Assembly: GCF_934202705.1 (NCBI RefSeq)
Contig: NZ_CAKPYE010000008.1
Span: 12,528 to 76,527 of the forward strand
Reading direction: 5' to 3'
Source of the DNA: an uncultured Limosilactobacillus sp.
Lineage (GTDB): Bacteria > Bacillota > Bacilli > Lactobacillales > Lactobacillaceae
DNA: 64,000 nt
Shown piece after piece: positions 26,433 through 36,248 of the stretch (positions are counted from its first letter, which is position 1; the number at the start of each line of letters is the position of its first letter). The notes under the pieces were generated by a model that was not told the DNA's origin, did not search any database, and saw only the letters and a list, made by a program, of their open reading frames with translations. A program made the translations under genes and the position numbers.

Positions 26433-27452
26433 ATGTCATTTCTCCAAGGATTATGGTTCTTACTAATTGGCGTCCTCTTTAGTGGCTTCTTTTTCTTAGA
26501 TGGCTTCGACTATGGAGTCGGGATGGCCGTTGAAACGTTGGGCCACGATGAGGCGGAAAAGACGCAAATTATCCGAACCATCGGCCCAGTTTGGGATGGT
26601 AACGAAGTTTGGTTAATTACCGCTGGTGGGGCGATGTTTGCCTCATTCCCATATTGGTACGCAACCTTATTTTCTGGATATTATTTGATTCTCTTATTTA
26701 TTTTGATGGGGTTAATTTTACGGGGCGTTTCGTTTGAGTTTCGCGCGAAGAGCCCAATGACAAAGAAACCAATTTGGGACAGAGTGATGGCAATTTCTTC
26801 TGCCGTTGTTCCATTCCTGTTTGGTGTGATGTTCATTTCCATGATTAAAGGAATGCCAATTGACGCGCAAGGTAATATTTCCGCCCACTTCTTTGACTAC
26901 TTTAACTGGTTCTCAGTTGTTGGTGGCGTGGCGCTAACTCTATTAACTTACTTGCACGGTCTGAATTACATTACGTTAAAGACTGTCGGGCCAGTTTCAG
27001 AACGCGCCCAAAACTATGCGCACGCCCTTTATTGGGTTCTGTATCTCGGTGAAGTGATCTTTGCATTACTGCTCCTCTTCCAAACCGACTTCTTACATGT
27101 TCACCCAATCTTAACCTTGCTTTGCCTAGCATTAATTGTCGGCTTTTCAATTTGGGCCCATGCTGCTACTTTCCAGGATCATCAAGGTCATGCCTTTATC
27201 GCTAGCGGCTTGACGTTGATTTCACTAGTTGCTTTGATTTTCTGTGGATTATTCCCACGGGTCATGATTTCATCGATCAGTAGTCAATATGATCTGGTCA
27301 TCAAGACTGCTTCATCATCCAATTACACGTTAATTGTGATGACGGTTGCGACAGTGATCTTGGTACCCTGCGTCCTGGCCTACACGATTTGGGCATACTG
27401 GATTTTCCGAAAACGAATTGAAATGCCCGCGATTGGGAGGACCGATGGATGA
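26433..27452 (+). CDS. cydB: cytochrome bd quinol oxidase subunit II
   Basis: Immediately follows cydA. GPVWDGNEVWLI motif, multi-TM. Confidence 0.95.
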   Translation: MSFLQGLWFLLIGVLFSGFFFLDGFDYGVGMAVETLGHDEAEKTQIIRTIGPVWDGNEVWLITAGGAMFASFPYWYATLFSGYYLILLFILMGLILRGVSFEFRAKSPMTKKPIWDRVMAISSAVVPFLFGVMFISMIKGMPIDAQGNISAHFFDYFNWFSVVGGVALTLLTYLHGLNYITLKTVGPVSERAQNYAHALYWVLYLGEVIFALLLLFQTDFLHVHPILTLLCLALIVGFSIWAHAATFQDHQGHAFIASGLTLISLVALIFCGLFPRVMISSISSQYDLVIKTASSSNYTLIVMTVATVILVPCVLAYTIWAYWIFRKRIEMPAIGRTDG

Positions 27453-29164
27453 TTGATCGACACCTATTTGAACTCGCAGGTGCTCAATCCATTGCCAAAC
27501 GGCTTGCGGGACTCAATGTTCTGCAAGCCGTTTTCATTATTGGCCAGGCATTAAGCCTCAGCTGGTTATTAACGGGATTATGGCAAGGTCATCGATTAGA
27601 TTGGCTGATGTTAATAGCATTTGGTGCTTGCTTTACGGGACGGCAAGCGTTGAATTGGTTGAGCGAACACTGGTTAGATCACTATGCGGCCCAGACTAGT
27701 CAGCAACTGCGGAGTCAACTATTGCAAAAAGTATTTGAATTAGGACCGGCCCTGGTACAAAAGCAGGGGACAGGGAGCACGATCACGATGGTGATGGACG
27801 GGATTAGTGAGGTCCGTGACTATATTAAGCTCATGTTTACCAAAGTGCTGACCATGATGATTGTACCAATCCTGATTTTAGCCACAATGGTCTGGCTTGA
27901 CTGGCGCTCTGCACTGATTTTATTGTGCATGTACCCTTTAATCGTGATTTTTATGATTATTTTGGGTCGGGCTGCGCAGGCTAAGGCCATTAAGCAGTTT
28001 GGTAACTTTCAGAAATTGTCCAATAACTTTATTGACTCCCTGCGGGGCATTGGTACTCTAAAGTATTTGGGCCAGAGTAAACGTTATTCGCAAAGTATTT
28101 TTAGTTCTAGTGAGTTGTTCCGTCATCGAACCATGCGAGTTTTAAAGATTGCCATGCTGTCGACCTTTGCACTAGACTTTTTCACAACCCTTTCGATTGC
28201 TGTGATTGCGGTCTTCTTAGGCTTTGATTTGATTAACGGTCGGATGAGTCTTTTCTCGGCGCTCGGGATTTTAATTCTCGCACCGGAATATTTCCTACCG
28301 ATTCGAAATTTTGCGGGTGACTTTCATGCAACTTTAAACGGCAAGAACGCGTTTAGGCGGATTCGCGAATTAATCCAGCTGCCGGCTCCACAAACCGCAA
28401 TGGTGTCGTTACATCCCTGGACTAAGGACGATGAGCTAGTGATGAAGCAACTGACGTTTCGATACCCGCACGGAATGGTCTTGCAGCCATTCTCTTTACG
28501 GATTAAGGGCAACGAGATGATTGGTATTATCGGGATGAGCGGTTCTGGTAAAACGACGCTGATTAATTTATTGAGTGGCTTTTTGACGCCCCAATCAGGA
28601 AAGTTGATTATTCAGGGACAACCCGCGTCCACCCTCAACATTGTTGACTGGCATCGCCAAATGACTTATATTCCACAAACACCGTATGTGTTCACCGCGA
28701 CCTTACGCGATAATATTGCTTTTTACACCCCGCAGGTTAGTGACCAACAAGTCAAAGAGGCGATTCACGTAGTCGGCCTGGATGACCTTTTAGCAGAATT
28801 ACCAGCTGGCTTAGACACGGTCATTGGTTCGGGAAAACGGACATTATCTGGGGGCCAAGCACAGCGGATCGCACTAGCGCGGGCCTTTCTGGATCAGCAA
28901 CGAAAAGTAATGTTCTTTGATGAGCCGACTGCTCATTTGGACATTGAAACTGAATTAGATTTGAAACAGCGGATGTTACCACTAATGGCCAATCATTTGG
29001 TCTTCTTTGCAACCCACCGGCTCCACTGGATGCGACAAATGGATTATATTCTGGTAATGGATCACGGCCAACTGGTTGAACAGGGGACTTATGATGAGCT
29101 ATTGGCTCGTCATGGTGACTTTACCAAACTCATTCAACGAATGCGAGGTGAGACCAATGTTTAA
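27449..29164 (+). CDS. cydD: thiol reductant ABC exporter subunit CydD
   Basis: ATGA overlap with cydB. 6-TM domain plus ABC ATPase (GMSGSGKTT, LSGGQAQR, FFDEPTAHLD). Confidence 0.85.
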   Translation: MIDRHLFELAGAQSIAKRLAGLNVLQAVFIIGQALSLSWLLTGLWQGHRLDWLMLIAFGACFTGRQALNWLSEHWLDHYAAQTSQQLRSQLLQKVFELGPALVQKQGTGSTITMVMDGISEVRDYIKLMFTKVLTMMIVPILILATMVWLDWRSALILLCMYPLIVIFMIILGRAAQAKAIKQFGNFQKLSNNFIDSLRGIGTLKYLGQSKRYSQSIFSSSELFRHRTMRVLKIAMLSTFALDFFTTLSIAVIAVFLGFDLINGRMSLFSALGILILAPEYFLPIRNFAGDFHATLNGKNAFRRIRELIQLPAPQTAMVSLHPWTKDDELVMKQLTFRYPHGMVLQPFSLRIKGNEMIGIIGMSGSGKTTLINLLSGFLTPQSGKLIIQGQPASTLNIVDWHRQMTYIPQTPYVFTATLRDNIAFYTPQVSDQQVKEAIHVVGLDDLLAELPAGLDTVIGSGKRTLSGGQAQRIALARAFLDQQRKVMFFDEPTAHLDIETELDLKQRMLPLMANHLVFFATHRLHWMRQMDYILVMDHGQLVEQGTYDELLARHGDFTKLIQRMRGETNV

Positions 29165-30926
29165 AAAAATTCCATTATTGAAGGCACTTCAACATGACCG
29201 ATGGATCAAGCCGTTTTTGAAACGTTATCGTTGGACATTAGTTCTTGCCATTGGTTTAGGGATTGTGACCTTTATTTGTGGCGCCGGTTTAATGTTTTCT
29301 GCCGGTTTCTTGATTAGCAAGTCGGCGACCCGTCCGGAAAACATTTTGCTGGTTTACGTCCCCATTGTTCTTACTCGGGCATTTGGAATTGCTCGGCCAG
29401 CATTGCGGTATGTGGAACGCTTAGTTAGCCATAACTGGGTTTTGAAGATGACCTCGCAGCTTCGGCGAAAGCTATATGATTCACTCGAACACGATGCGGT
29501 CTTTTTCCACAGTAAATATCAATTAGGCGATATTTTAGGGCTCTTATCTGATGATGTTCATCATATTCAAAATTTATATTTAAGAACCCTCTTCCCAATG
29601 TTTGTGGCGTGGGGTCTATATGCACTAATTGTCGTGGCGTTTGGTGTTTTATCACCATTGATGGGGTTATGGATGCTCATTGTTTTCGGCTTAATTATTT
29701 TCGGTATTCCAATCTGGTCAATTTTGGTCAACGGAGCGCGGCAAGAACGCGCTAAACAGCTAAAGGACCAGCTTTACGTCGATTTGACAGATAATGTCAT
29801 GGGCGTGACTGACTGGATTTTAGCTGGACGTAATCAACAATACCTGACGCGCCGTCAACAGAGTGAAACTGCAGACCAGAAAAATGCTACTGCACTTCAC
29901 AGCTTTGAACACGTTCGCGACTTTTTATTGCAGATGTTATATCTTTCAATGATCGTCAGTGTGATTCTCTGGGGTGCCAGTAAATTTGGTGGCCACTTTG
30001 GCGGTCCTGCCAACTGGATTGCGGCATTTGTGCTCGCTTGGTTCCCGTTAGTCGATGCATTTATTCAATTATCGACAGCGGCTCAAGAAACCAATGTTTA
30101 TACAAATTCGATCACTCGATTAAATGAACTTAGTCATTCAGATGAACCAGCTGGCAACCAAATAAAATTGCATCGCCCATTCAAACTGCAAATTAATGAC
30201 GTTCACTTTTGTTATGCGCCAACGCAGCGTGAAGTCCTATCAGGTATTAGTTTAAAATTAGCACCTGGTGAAAAGGTGGCTTTACTTGGCCGGAGCGGTT
30301 CTGGAAAAAGTACTTTGGCATCGCTCATTCGGGGAGATTTAACACCCACCAAAGGCGCCGTGAAATTAAATGACGTTGCTACCAGTCAATTTGGTGATCA
30401 GATTGCTGATTACATTGGGGTGATTAATCAAACCCCATACCTCTTTAACACGACAATTGCCAATAATGTCCGGCTGGGGGATGAAACAGCCGGTGATGAA
30501 CGAATTTGGTCGGTGCTGGAACGGGTTGGTTTAGCTGACATGGTTCACCAGCTTCCGGATGGCATTAATACGAAAGTGGACGAAGCTGGTCTGCGTTTCT
30601 CCGGTGGCGAACGACACCGTTTAGCACTTGCGAGAATCTTGTTGAAAGATACGCCAATTGTCTTACTGGATGAACCAACGGTTGGCCTCGATCCGATTAC
30701 TGAACAAGCGGTGATTGATACATTTATGAATCAGCTGCAAGATAAAACGGTAATTTGGATTACTCATCACCTTCAAGGAATTGATCAATTTGATCAGGTC
30801 ATCTTTATTGAAGCTGGTCAGCTCGCTATGCATGGCTCACCTAGTGAACTGTGGAAAAATAACGACCGCTTCCGGCAATTAAAAAAGGCTGATCAGGGAA
30901 TCATTCCTGATCAACCAATTAATTAA
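29157..30926 (+). CDS. cydC: thiol reductant ABC exporter subunit CydC
   Basis: Track ORF trimmed to ATG 29157 (8-nt overlap with cydD). GRSGSGKST, FSGGERHR, LLDEPTVGLD. Confidence 0.85.
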   Translation: MFKKIPLLKALQHDRWIKPFLKRYRWTLVLAIGLGIVTFICGAGLMFSAGFLISKSATRPENILLVYVPIVLTRAFGIARPALRYVERLVSHNWVLKMTSQLRRKLYDSLEHDAVFFHSKYQLGDILGLLSDDVHHIQNLYLRTLFPMFVAWGLYALIVVAFGVLSPLMGLWMLIVFGLIIFGIPIWSILVNGARQERAKQLKDQLYVDLTDNVMGVTDWILAGRNQQYLTRRQQSETADQKNATALHSFEHVRDFLLQMLYLSMIVSVILWGASKFGGHFGGPANWIAAFVLAWFPLVDAFIQLSTAAQETNVYTNSITRLNELSHSDEPAGNQIKLHRPFKLQINDVHFCYAPTQREVLSGISLKLAPGEKVALLGRSGSGKSTLASLIRGDLTPTKGAVKLNDVATSQFGDQIADYIGVINQTPYLFNTTIANNVRLGDETAGDERIWSVLERVGLADMVHQLPDGINTKVDEAGLRFSGGERHRLALARILLKDTPIVLLDEPTVGLDPITEQAVIDTFMNQLQDKTVIWITHHLQGIDQFDQVIFIEAGQLAMHGSPSELWKNNDRFRQLKKADQGIIPDQPIN

Positions 30927-31911
30927 CGCGTTTGAGGAGCTGCTTGGCCAGACGATCCAGTTGGTCACGTGCGGGGCTGTCTGGGAGGTATTGCAAGTGA
31001 TCTAATGCGCGGTTAGTAAATTTTGTTGCTAACCGTTGACTTTGCACCAAGGCATTCGAATTGATAATCATTTGCTTGATTTTTTGCATGTCATTCATTG
31101 TTAACTGGTATTTTTTAGTCAACAAAGGTTTAAGCGATGCCTGAGTGCGTGGATCCTGCAGGGCAAATAGCATTGGTAATGAATAAACCCCAGTGCTTAA
31201 GTCTTCCATTGTTGGTTTGGTTAACTGGCTGGTACCAGTATAATCGAGGATGTCGTCGAGCATTTGAAAGGCGATCCCAAGATTTTGACCAAACTTAGCA
31301 GCGTGGACGGTTTGACTAGCGTTCGCTCCAGCAAAATGAGCACCTTCGCGAGCCGCTAGTTGAAAGAGGGCCGCTGTTTTACCATTAACGTTGCGCAAGT
31401 ATTGATGAATTGTCTGTGTTGTATCAAAACGCCGGGCCATTTGACCCAGTTCACCATTGAGGAGCCGTTGCATAATGGTGGCGTTGACTTGCAAGTATTG
31501 ATTATCATCATGAAGATTCGTGATCAGTAAGTCAAAGAAGATGGTAAAAAGATAGTCGCCAGCATAGACGGCGGTGTCTTTACCAAAACGGGACTGGATG
31601 CTGACTTGACCCCGCCGCATCGGTGAATCATCGATAATATCATCGTGGATCAAGGATGCCATGTGTAAGATTTCGATTGAGGCAGCTAATTGGGTGAGCT
31701 GGTGAGTATGGCGTTCTGATGAGCCAATTGCTTTGCTGACCATCAGCAATAACGCTGGCCGCAGATATTTGCCCCCATGGTTAGCCATCGCGATGAGGGC
31801 TGCTTGTAAGCGCGGATTTGCCGCATTAATATGAGTTTGTAGGATTTGATTAACGGTGTTCAGCTCATTTTGAATGAGCGGATAGTGGTACCGAGCAGGT
31901 GAATTAATCAT
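30919..31911 (-). CDS. trans-polyprenyl diphosphate synthase (HepT/IspB/DmkB-like)
   Basis: 330 aa. The two aspartate-rich motifs LIHDDIIDD and MLDDILD. Confidence 0.85.
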   Translation of the reverse strand: MINSPARYHYPLIQNELNTVNQILQTHINAANPRLQAALIAMANHGGKYLRPALLLMVSKAIGSSERHTHQLTQLAASIEILHMASLIHDDIIDDSPMRRGQVSIQSRFGKDTAVYAGDYLFTIFFDLLITNLHDDNQYLQVNATIMQRLLNGELGQMARRFDTTQTIHQYLRNVNGKTAALFQLAAREGAHFAGANASQTVHAAKFGQNLGIAFQMLDDILDYTGTSQLTKPTMEDLSTGVYSLPMLFALQDPRTQASLKPLLTKKYQLTMNDMQKIKQMIINSNALVQSQRLATKFTNRALDHLQYLPDSPARDQLDRLAKQLLKRVN

Positions 31912-31965
31912 TTGTTTGGTGTCCTTTAAATATTATTTAATCAGTGGAGAAAGGATTGGAATTGA

Positions 31966-32868
31966 ATGTCAGTTGATGTTTTTTTGGAACTCGTGGAAAT
32001 CAAGGCGAAAACTGCAAGCGTGATCCCGTTTTTGCTAGGAGTTTGCTTTAGTGCCTATTATTTGCACAGCGTTAACCCAGTTCTGGCAGTTGTCTTCTTT
32101 ATTGCCATGTTGCTCTTTAATATGGCAGTGGACATGCTGGACAACTATAATGACTACCGACATGCCATTGACAAGGTGAACTATCAGCAAAAGACTAACA
32201 TTATTGGTCGCGAGCATCTATCACCACGGCTAGTCTTAGCGTTGCTCGTGACGTTTTCCGTGATTGCCGCCCTGATGGGCCTTTGGTTAGTCATGAAGGC
32301 GGGGCTTCCAGTATTATGGATGGGCATCTTCTGTTTTGCAGTTGGAATTCTGTATTCGTCCGGACCGCATCCGTTATCTAGTTTACCGCTTGGTGAGTTG
32401 TTTTCAGGATTTACGATGGGTTTTATGATTCTACTGATCAGTGTTTATCTGAACAGTTATCAGGTCTTCGCTTGGAACTGGGCGAATCTTTGGCGCACCT
32501 TTCTGGTGGCACTGCCGGATGAGTTATGGATTTCCAACCTGATGCTGGCCAATAACCTCTGTGACGCGGATGAAGATGAACGAAACCAGCGAACCACGAT
32601 TATTCACTACATTGGAATCCCTAATGGTCTGCGGGTATTTACCATGAAAAATATCTTGGCCATGCTGGTAATTATTTTATCACCCTTTATCCGGATTGCC
32701 CCATTTACGGTTTGGCTGACACTCGTAATTGTACCCTTTGTTTATAAGCAGAACAAGCGATTGATGGCAAAGCAAGTGAAAAGCGAAACCTTCTCCAGTG
32801 GAGTAAAAATTCTCCTGGTTGGTTCAGGAGTTTACTTGCTGACGTACTTTCTCGGGATCATCTTTTAA
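31966..32868 (+). CDS. menA: 1,4-dihydroxy-2-naphthoate polyprenyltransferase (UbiA family; MenA/DmkA-like)
   Basis: 300 aa, about 8 TM. UbiA-type motif VDMLDNYNDYRHAID. Divergent from the polyprenyl synthase gene. Confidence 0.75.
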   Translation: MSVDVFLELVEIKAKTASVIPFLLGVCFSAYYLHSVNPVLAVVFFIAMLLFNMAVDMLDNYNDYRHAIDKVNYQQKTNIIGREHLSPRLVLALLVTFSVIAALMGLWLVMKAGLPVLWMGIFCFAVGILYSSGPHPLSSLPLGELFSGFTMGFMILLISVYLNSYQVFAWNWANLWRTFLVALPDELWISNLMLANNLCDADEDERNQRTTIIHYIGIPNGLRVFTMKNILAMLVIILSPFIRIAPFTVWLTLVIVPFVYKQNKRLMAKQVKSETFSSGVKILLVGSGVYLLTYFLGIIF

Positions 32869-32887
32869 TGAATTGTGAGGGATTATT

Positions 32888-34108
32888 ATGAAAAAAATTG
32901 TTGTACTAGGAGCTGGATACGCAGGTCTAAAGACCGTGGTTGCATTGCAAAAGAAGATTAAAGGGGTGGCGGACATTACCCTGGTTGATCAGAATGATTA
33001 TCATTATGAAGCAACTGATCTGCATGAAGTGGCCTCTGGTAACCTGCCAGCCAGCAAAATTACGTACCCGATTAAAGACGTACTTGATCCAGCAGTTACA
33101 ACCTTTGTTCAGGATCGGGTAATTAAATTAAACGCAGCCGATAAAACAGTGGAGTTAGCTAATCATGCACCGTTAAATTATGACTACTGTGTGATGGCGC
33201 TCGGCTTTGTTTCAGAAAATTTCGGGATCAAAGGGGCGACCGCAAATAGTCTGCCAATGGCAAATGTGGACGAAGCCAAGGCGATTCATGAGCACCTCGT
33301 TACTGTCATGAAGCATTATCGGCAAAGTCAAGATGTCAACGACCTTAAAATTATCATTTGCGGGGCTGGCTTTACCGGAATTGAATTGGCTGGTGCATTG
33401 GATGACGCTAAAAAACGCCTGGCAGGAATTGCTGGCGTAAATGCAGATGACATTCAGATTACGCTGATTGATGCTTCTAATCGGTTATTGCCGATGTTTG
33501 ATGAAAAGCTCGCTAATTATGGGGTTAATTTATTAAACAAGCTGCACATCCAAATTATCAAAGGGGCATTGATTAACGAAATTCAACCAGGAAAGGTACT
33601 GTATAAGAAACAGGGTGAAGCCGACGATGCAGCTTTGCATGAAGAAAGTGCCAACACGATTATCTGGACAACTGGGGTTAGCGGCAGCCCAGTGGTCGGC
33701 GAATCTGGATTGCCGCAGCGTCGTGGTCGGGTAATGGATACTGAGCATTTGACGGCACCGGATGACGATCAGCTATACATGGTCGGTGACGTTGCAGCTG
33801 TTATGCCACCAGATGGAAAACGTCCATACCCAACCACGGCCCAAATTTCACTATCAATGGCTAATTATGTTGCCAAAGACTTAAGCGCTCGAGTGAAAGG
33901 CGGTCAGCGCCCTAGAGCCTACACGTATAAATCATTAGGAACGGTTGCGTCAGTTGGAAATACGCGAGCATTTGGAGTGGCCATGGGTGGTCATTACCGT
34001 GGCTACCCAGCCTCGTTTATCAAAAAGATGATTATGAATAAGTCCTTACTAGAAACTGGTGGAATGAAGGAATTGATGGCGAAGGGTCGATTCGATTTAT
34101 ATCACTAG
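32888..34108 (+). CDS. ndh: type II NADH:quinone oxidoreductase (NDH-2)
   Basis: 406 aa. Two dinucleotide-binding motifs, VVLGAGYAGL and IICGAGFTGIE. Confidence 0.85.
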   Translation: MKKIVVLGAGYAGLKTVVALQKKIKGVADITLVDQNDYHYEATDLHEVASGNLPASKITYPIKDVLDPAVTTFVQDRVIKLNAADKTVELANHAPLNYDYCVMALGFVSENFGIKGATANSLPMANVDEAKAIHEHLVTVMKHYRQSQDVNDLKIIICGAGFTGIELAGALDDAKKRLAGIAGVNADDIQITLIDASNRLLPMFDEKLANYGVNLLNKLHIQIIKGALINEIQPGKVLYKKQGEADDAALHEESANTIIWTTGVSGSPVVGESGLPQRRGRVMDTEHLTAPDDDQLYMVGDVAAVMPPDGKRPYPTTAQISLSMANYVAKDLSARVKGGQRPRAYTYKSLGTVASVGNTRAFGVAMGGHYRGYPASFIKKMIMNKSLLETGGMKELMAKGRFDLYH

Positions 34109-34116
34109 AAGTAAGC

Positions 34117-34145
34117 AAAAAGTCTCCACATGATGGAGACTTTTT
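34117..34145 (+). terminator. Rho-independent terminator
   Basis: agtctcca (34121-34128) / tggagact (34134-34141) plus a T-run. Confidence 0.8.
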
Positions 34146-34309
34146 AATCACAAGTTTCAAAGCTGTTTGATTATTGCCCATTAAATTACAATCATAGTGT
34201 TCCATTTATCGGAGATCTATAGATACAAGATCAAGCATCGATTATAGTTTAAATTAGAAAATGATTAGAAAATGCTTGACGAATTTTAATTAAACGAGTA
34301 AGGTAGATA

Positions 34310-34598
34310 CCAATCAAACGGTATGAACAACCACTTAGAATAGGAAATTAGCTCAATGTTGCCTAGTCAGCGAACCCAAGTTAGTGCGAGTGGGGATTGG
34401 CTCAGAGAGTGAAAGTAGCCTAGGAGTGGCTAAGGTGAGAACAATTGTAGCTTTAGCCGGGTACGCCCGTTATCGCGTCAACGTATCTAGATGACTATGT
34501 ACGGGGTAAGGGAGTAATAGTAATATTGCTCTAAAGTAAGGTGGTAACGCGCGTGAAGGCGTCCTTATAAGCATTGAGCTTATAGGGGCGCCTTTTTT
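34310..34598 (+). promoter_or_regulatory. T-box riboswitch leader upstream of brnQ
   Basis: Promoter ttgacg (34276-34281), 17 nt, taaggt (34299-34304). AGAGAG/GAAAGTA boxes at about 34404-34417. T-box core aaggtggtaacgcg (34538-34551). Terminator aggcgtccttataagc / gcttataggggcgcct plus T6 (34557-34598). Confidence 0.75.
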
Positions 34599-34640
34599 CA
34601 TACCATAATGATAACAATTTAAATAGGGGGATTGATTAAA

Positions 34641-36008
34641 ATGAAAACAATCAAGGCAAGTATTCAACAGTCGATCATTATTGCATCTCTGATTTTTGGA
34701 ATGTTATTTGGGGCGGGAAACTTGATTTTTCCGGTTCATTTGGGCCAATTAGCTGGTCGTCATTGGTTAATGGCCAGTAGCGGTTTCCTGATTTCTGGTG
34801 TGTTGTTACCATTAATAGCATTACTGGCAATCAGTATCACTAGATCGAATGGAATTTACGACTTAGCCTTGCCTAACGGTCGTTATTATGCTTTGATCTT
34901 TTTAATTCTTGTTCACGCCACGTTAGGACCATTATTTGCAACCCCACGGACGGCAACGGTGCCTTATGAGATCGGAATTTCCCAACATTTACCTGCTACA
35001 GCGAATGGTTGGGGACTGTTGATTTATTCGGCAATGTTCTTTGGTTTGGTTTATCGATTTTCCAATCACGAAGGAAAAATTACGACACTGATTGGGAAAG
35101 TTTTAAATCCATTATTCCTCTTACTGCTTTTTATCATTTTTCTATTAGCATTTATGCACCCACTCGGCGCTGCCAAGTCAGCAAGCGAAACTGGAACATA
35201 TCTTAGTCATGCTTTTACGAATGGCTTTTTGCAAGGGTATAACACCATGGATGGGCTGGCTTCATTAGCGTTTGGCATTACGGTAATTACGGCGGTTAAG
35301 GGGCTAGGAATCAAAAAGCCACAACAGATTTCGTTAGCGACCGCCAAGAGTGGGACCCTTGGGATTGCAGGAATTGCCATTATTTATCTGATTTTAATTT
35401 GGCTAGGTGCAACGAGCCTGCATCACTTTAGTCTCGCTGCTAATGGTGGCATTACCCTTGCCCAAATTTCTAATTACTACTTAGGAACAGTTGGTAATGC
35501 CATTTTGGCGGTTTTAGCAACGATTACTTGTATGACGTCAGCGATGGGGTTAGTAATCGCTTTTTCACAAGACTTTCATCGCCGTTTTCCACGAATTAGT
35601 TATCGGACATTTCTCCGCGCTAATTGTGGTTTATCATTTCTGTTTGCCAATTTGGGTCTCAACCAAATTATTACTTGGTCAACGCCAATTTTGATGTTCC
35701 TTTATCCATTAGCGATTACCCTCATCATTTTAGGACTGCTTTCGCCATTGTTTAAACATGACCGGATTGTTTATCAGGTTACGACTGGGCTAACTTTGAT
35801 TCCAGCATTCTTTGATATGATTCATGCATTACCAACGGGGCTGCAAAAAAGCGAATTAGTGCAAATGTTAGTTGAATTTGCACAGCATTACTTTCCATTC
35901 TTTAAACTCGGCTTTGGCTGGTTAACCTTTGCGCTAATTGGACTGATAATTGGGTTAGTCGGCCATACTCTGAAAATATGCAAACAAACAATGCTGGTTG
36001 ATGAGTAG
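34641..36008 (+). CDS. brnQ: branched-chain amino acid transport system II carrier (LIVCS family)
   Basis: ATG 34641, 10 nt after aggggg. GMLFGAGNLIFPVHLG N-terminal signature, 12 TM. Confidence 0.9.
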   Translation: MKTIKASIQQSIIIASLIFGMLFGAGNLIFPVHLGQLAGRHWLMASSGFLISGVLLPLIALLAISITRSNGIYDLALPNGRYYALIFLILVHATLGPLFATPRTATVPYEIGISQHLPATANGWGLLIYSAMFFGLVYRFSNHEGKITTLIGKVLNPLFLLLLFIIFLLAFMHPLGAAKSASETGTYLSHAFTNGFLQGYNTMDGLASLAFGITVITAVKGLGIKKPQQISLATAKSGTLGIAGIAIIYLILIWLGATSLHHFSLAANGGITLAQISNYYLGTVGNAILAVLATITCMTSAMGLVIAFSQDFHRRFPRISYRTFLRANCGLSFLFANLGLNQIITWSTPILMFLYPLAITLIILGLLSPLFKHDRIVYQVTTGLTLIPAFFDMIHALPTGLQKSELVQMLVEFAQHYFPFFKLGFGWLTFALIGLIIGLVGHTLKICKQTMLVDE

Positions 36009-36248
36009 GGAAAATCAGTGCAGTACATTGACTAAATTATCCCGTCATGGATTTTTAAATAGCGCATTTGAATACTAACCTTAAAAAGAATTTAGATTAA
36101 TAAATTGGTAAAACAATGCATGGCCCGCGGACCTTTGTGAGCTTCTTTGACCAGACTATTTTTTCAGTTATAACCTATTGAATGATAAATCTACTAATGG
36201 TACGATTAATTGGTTAATGATAAGTACTATTAGGAGGATCATTGTTCA

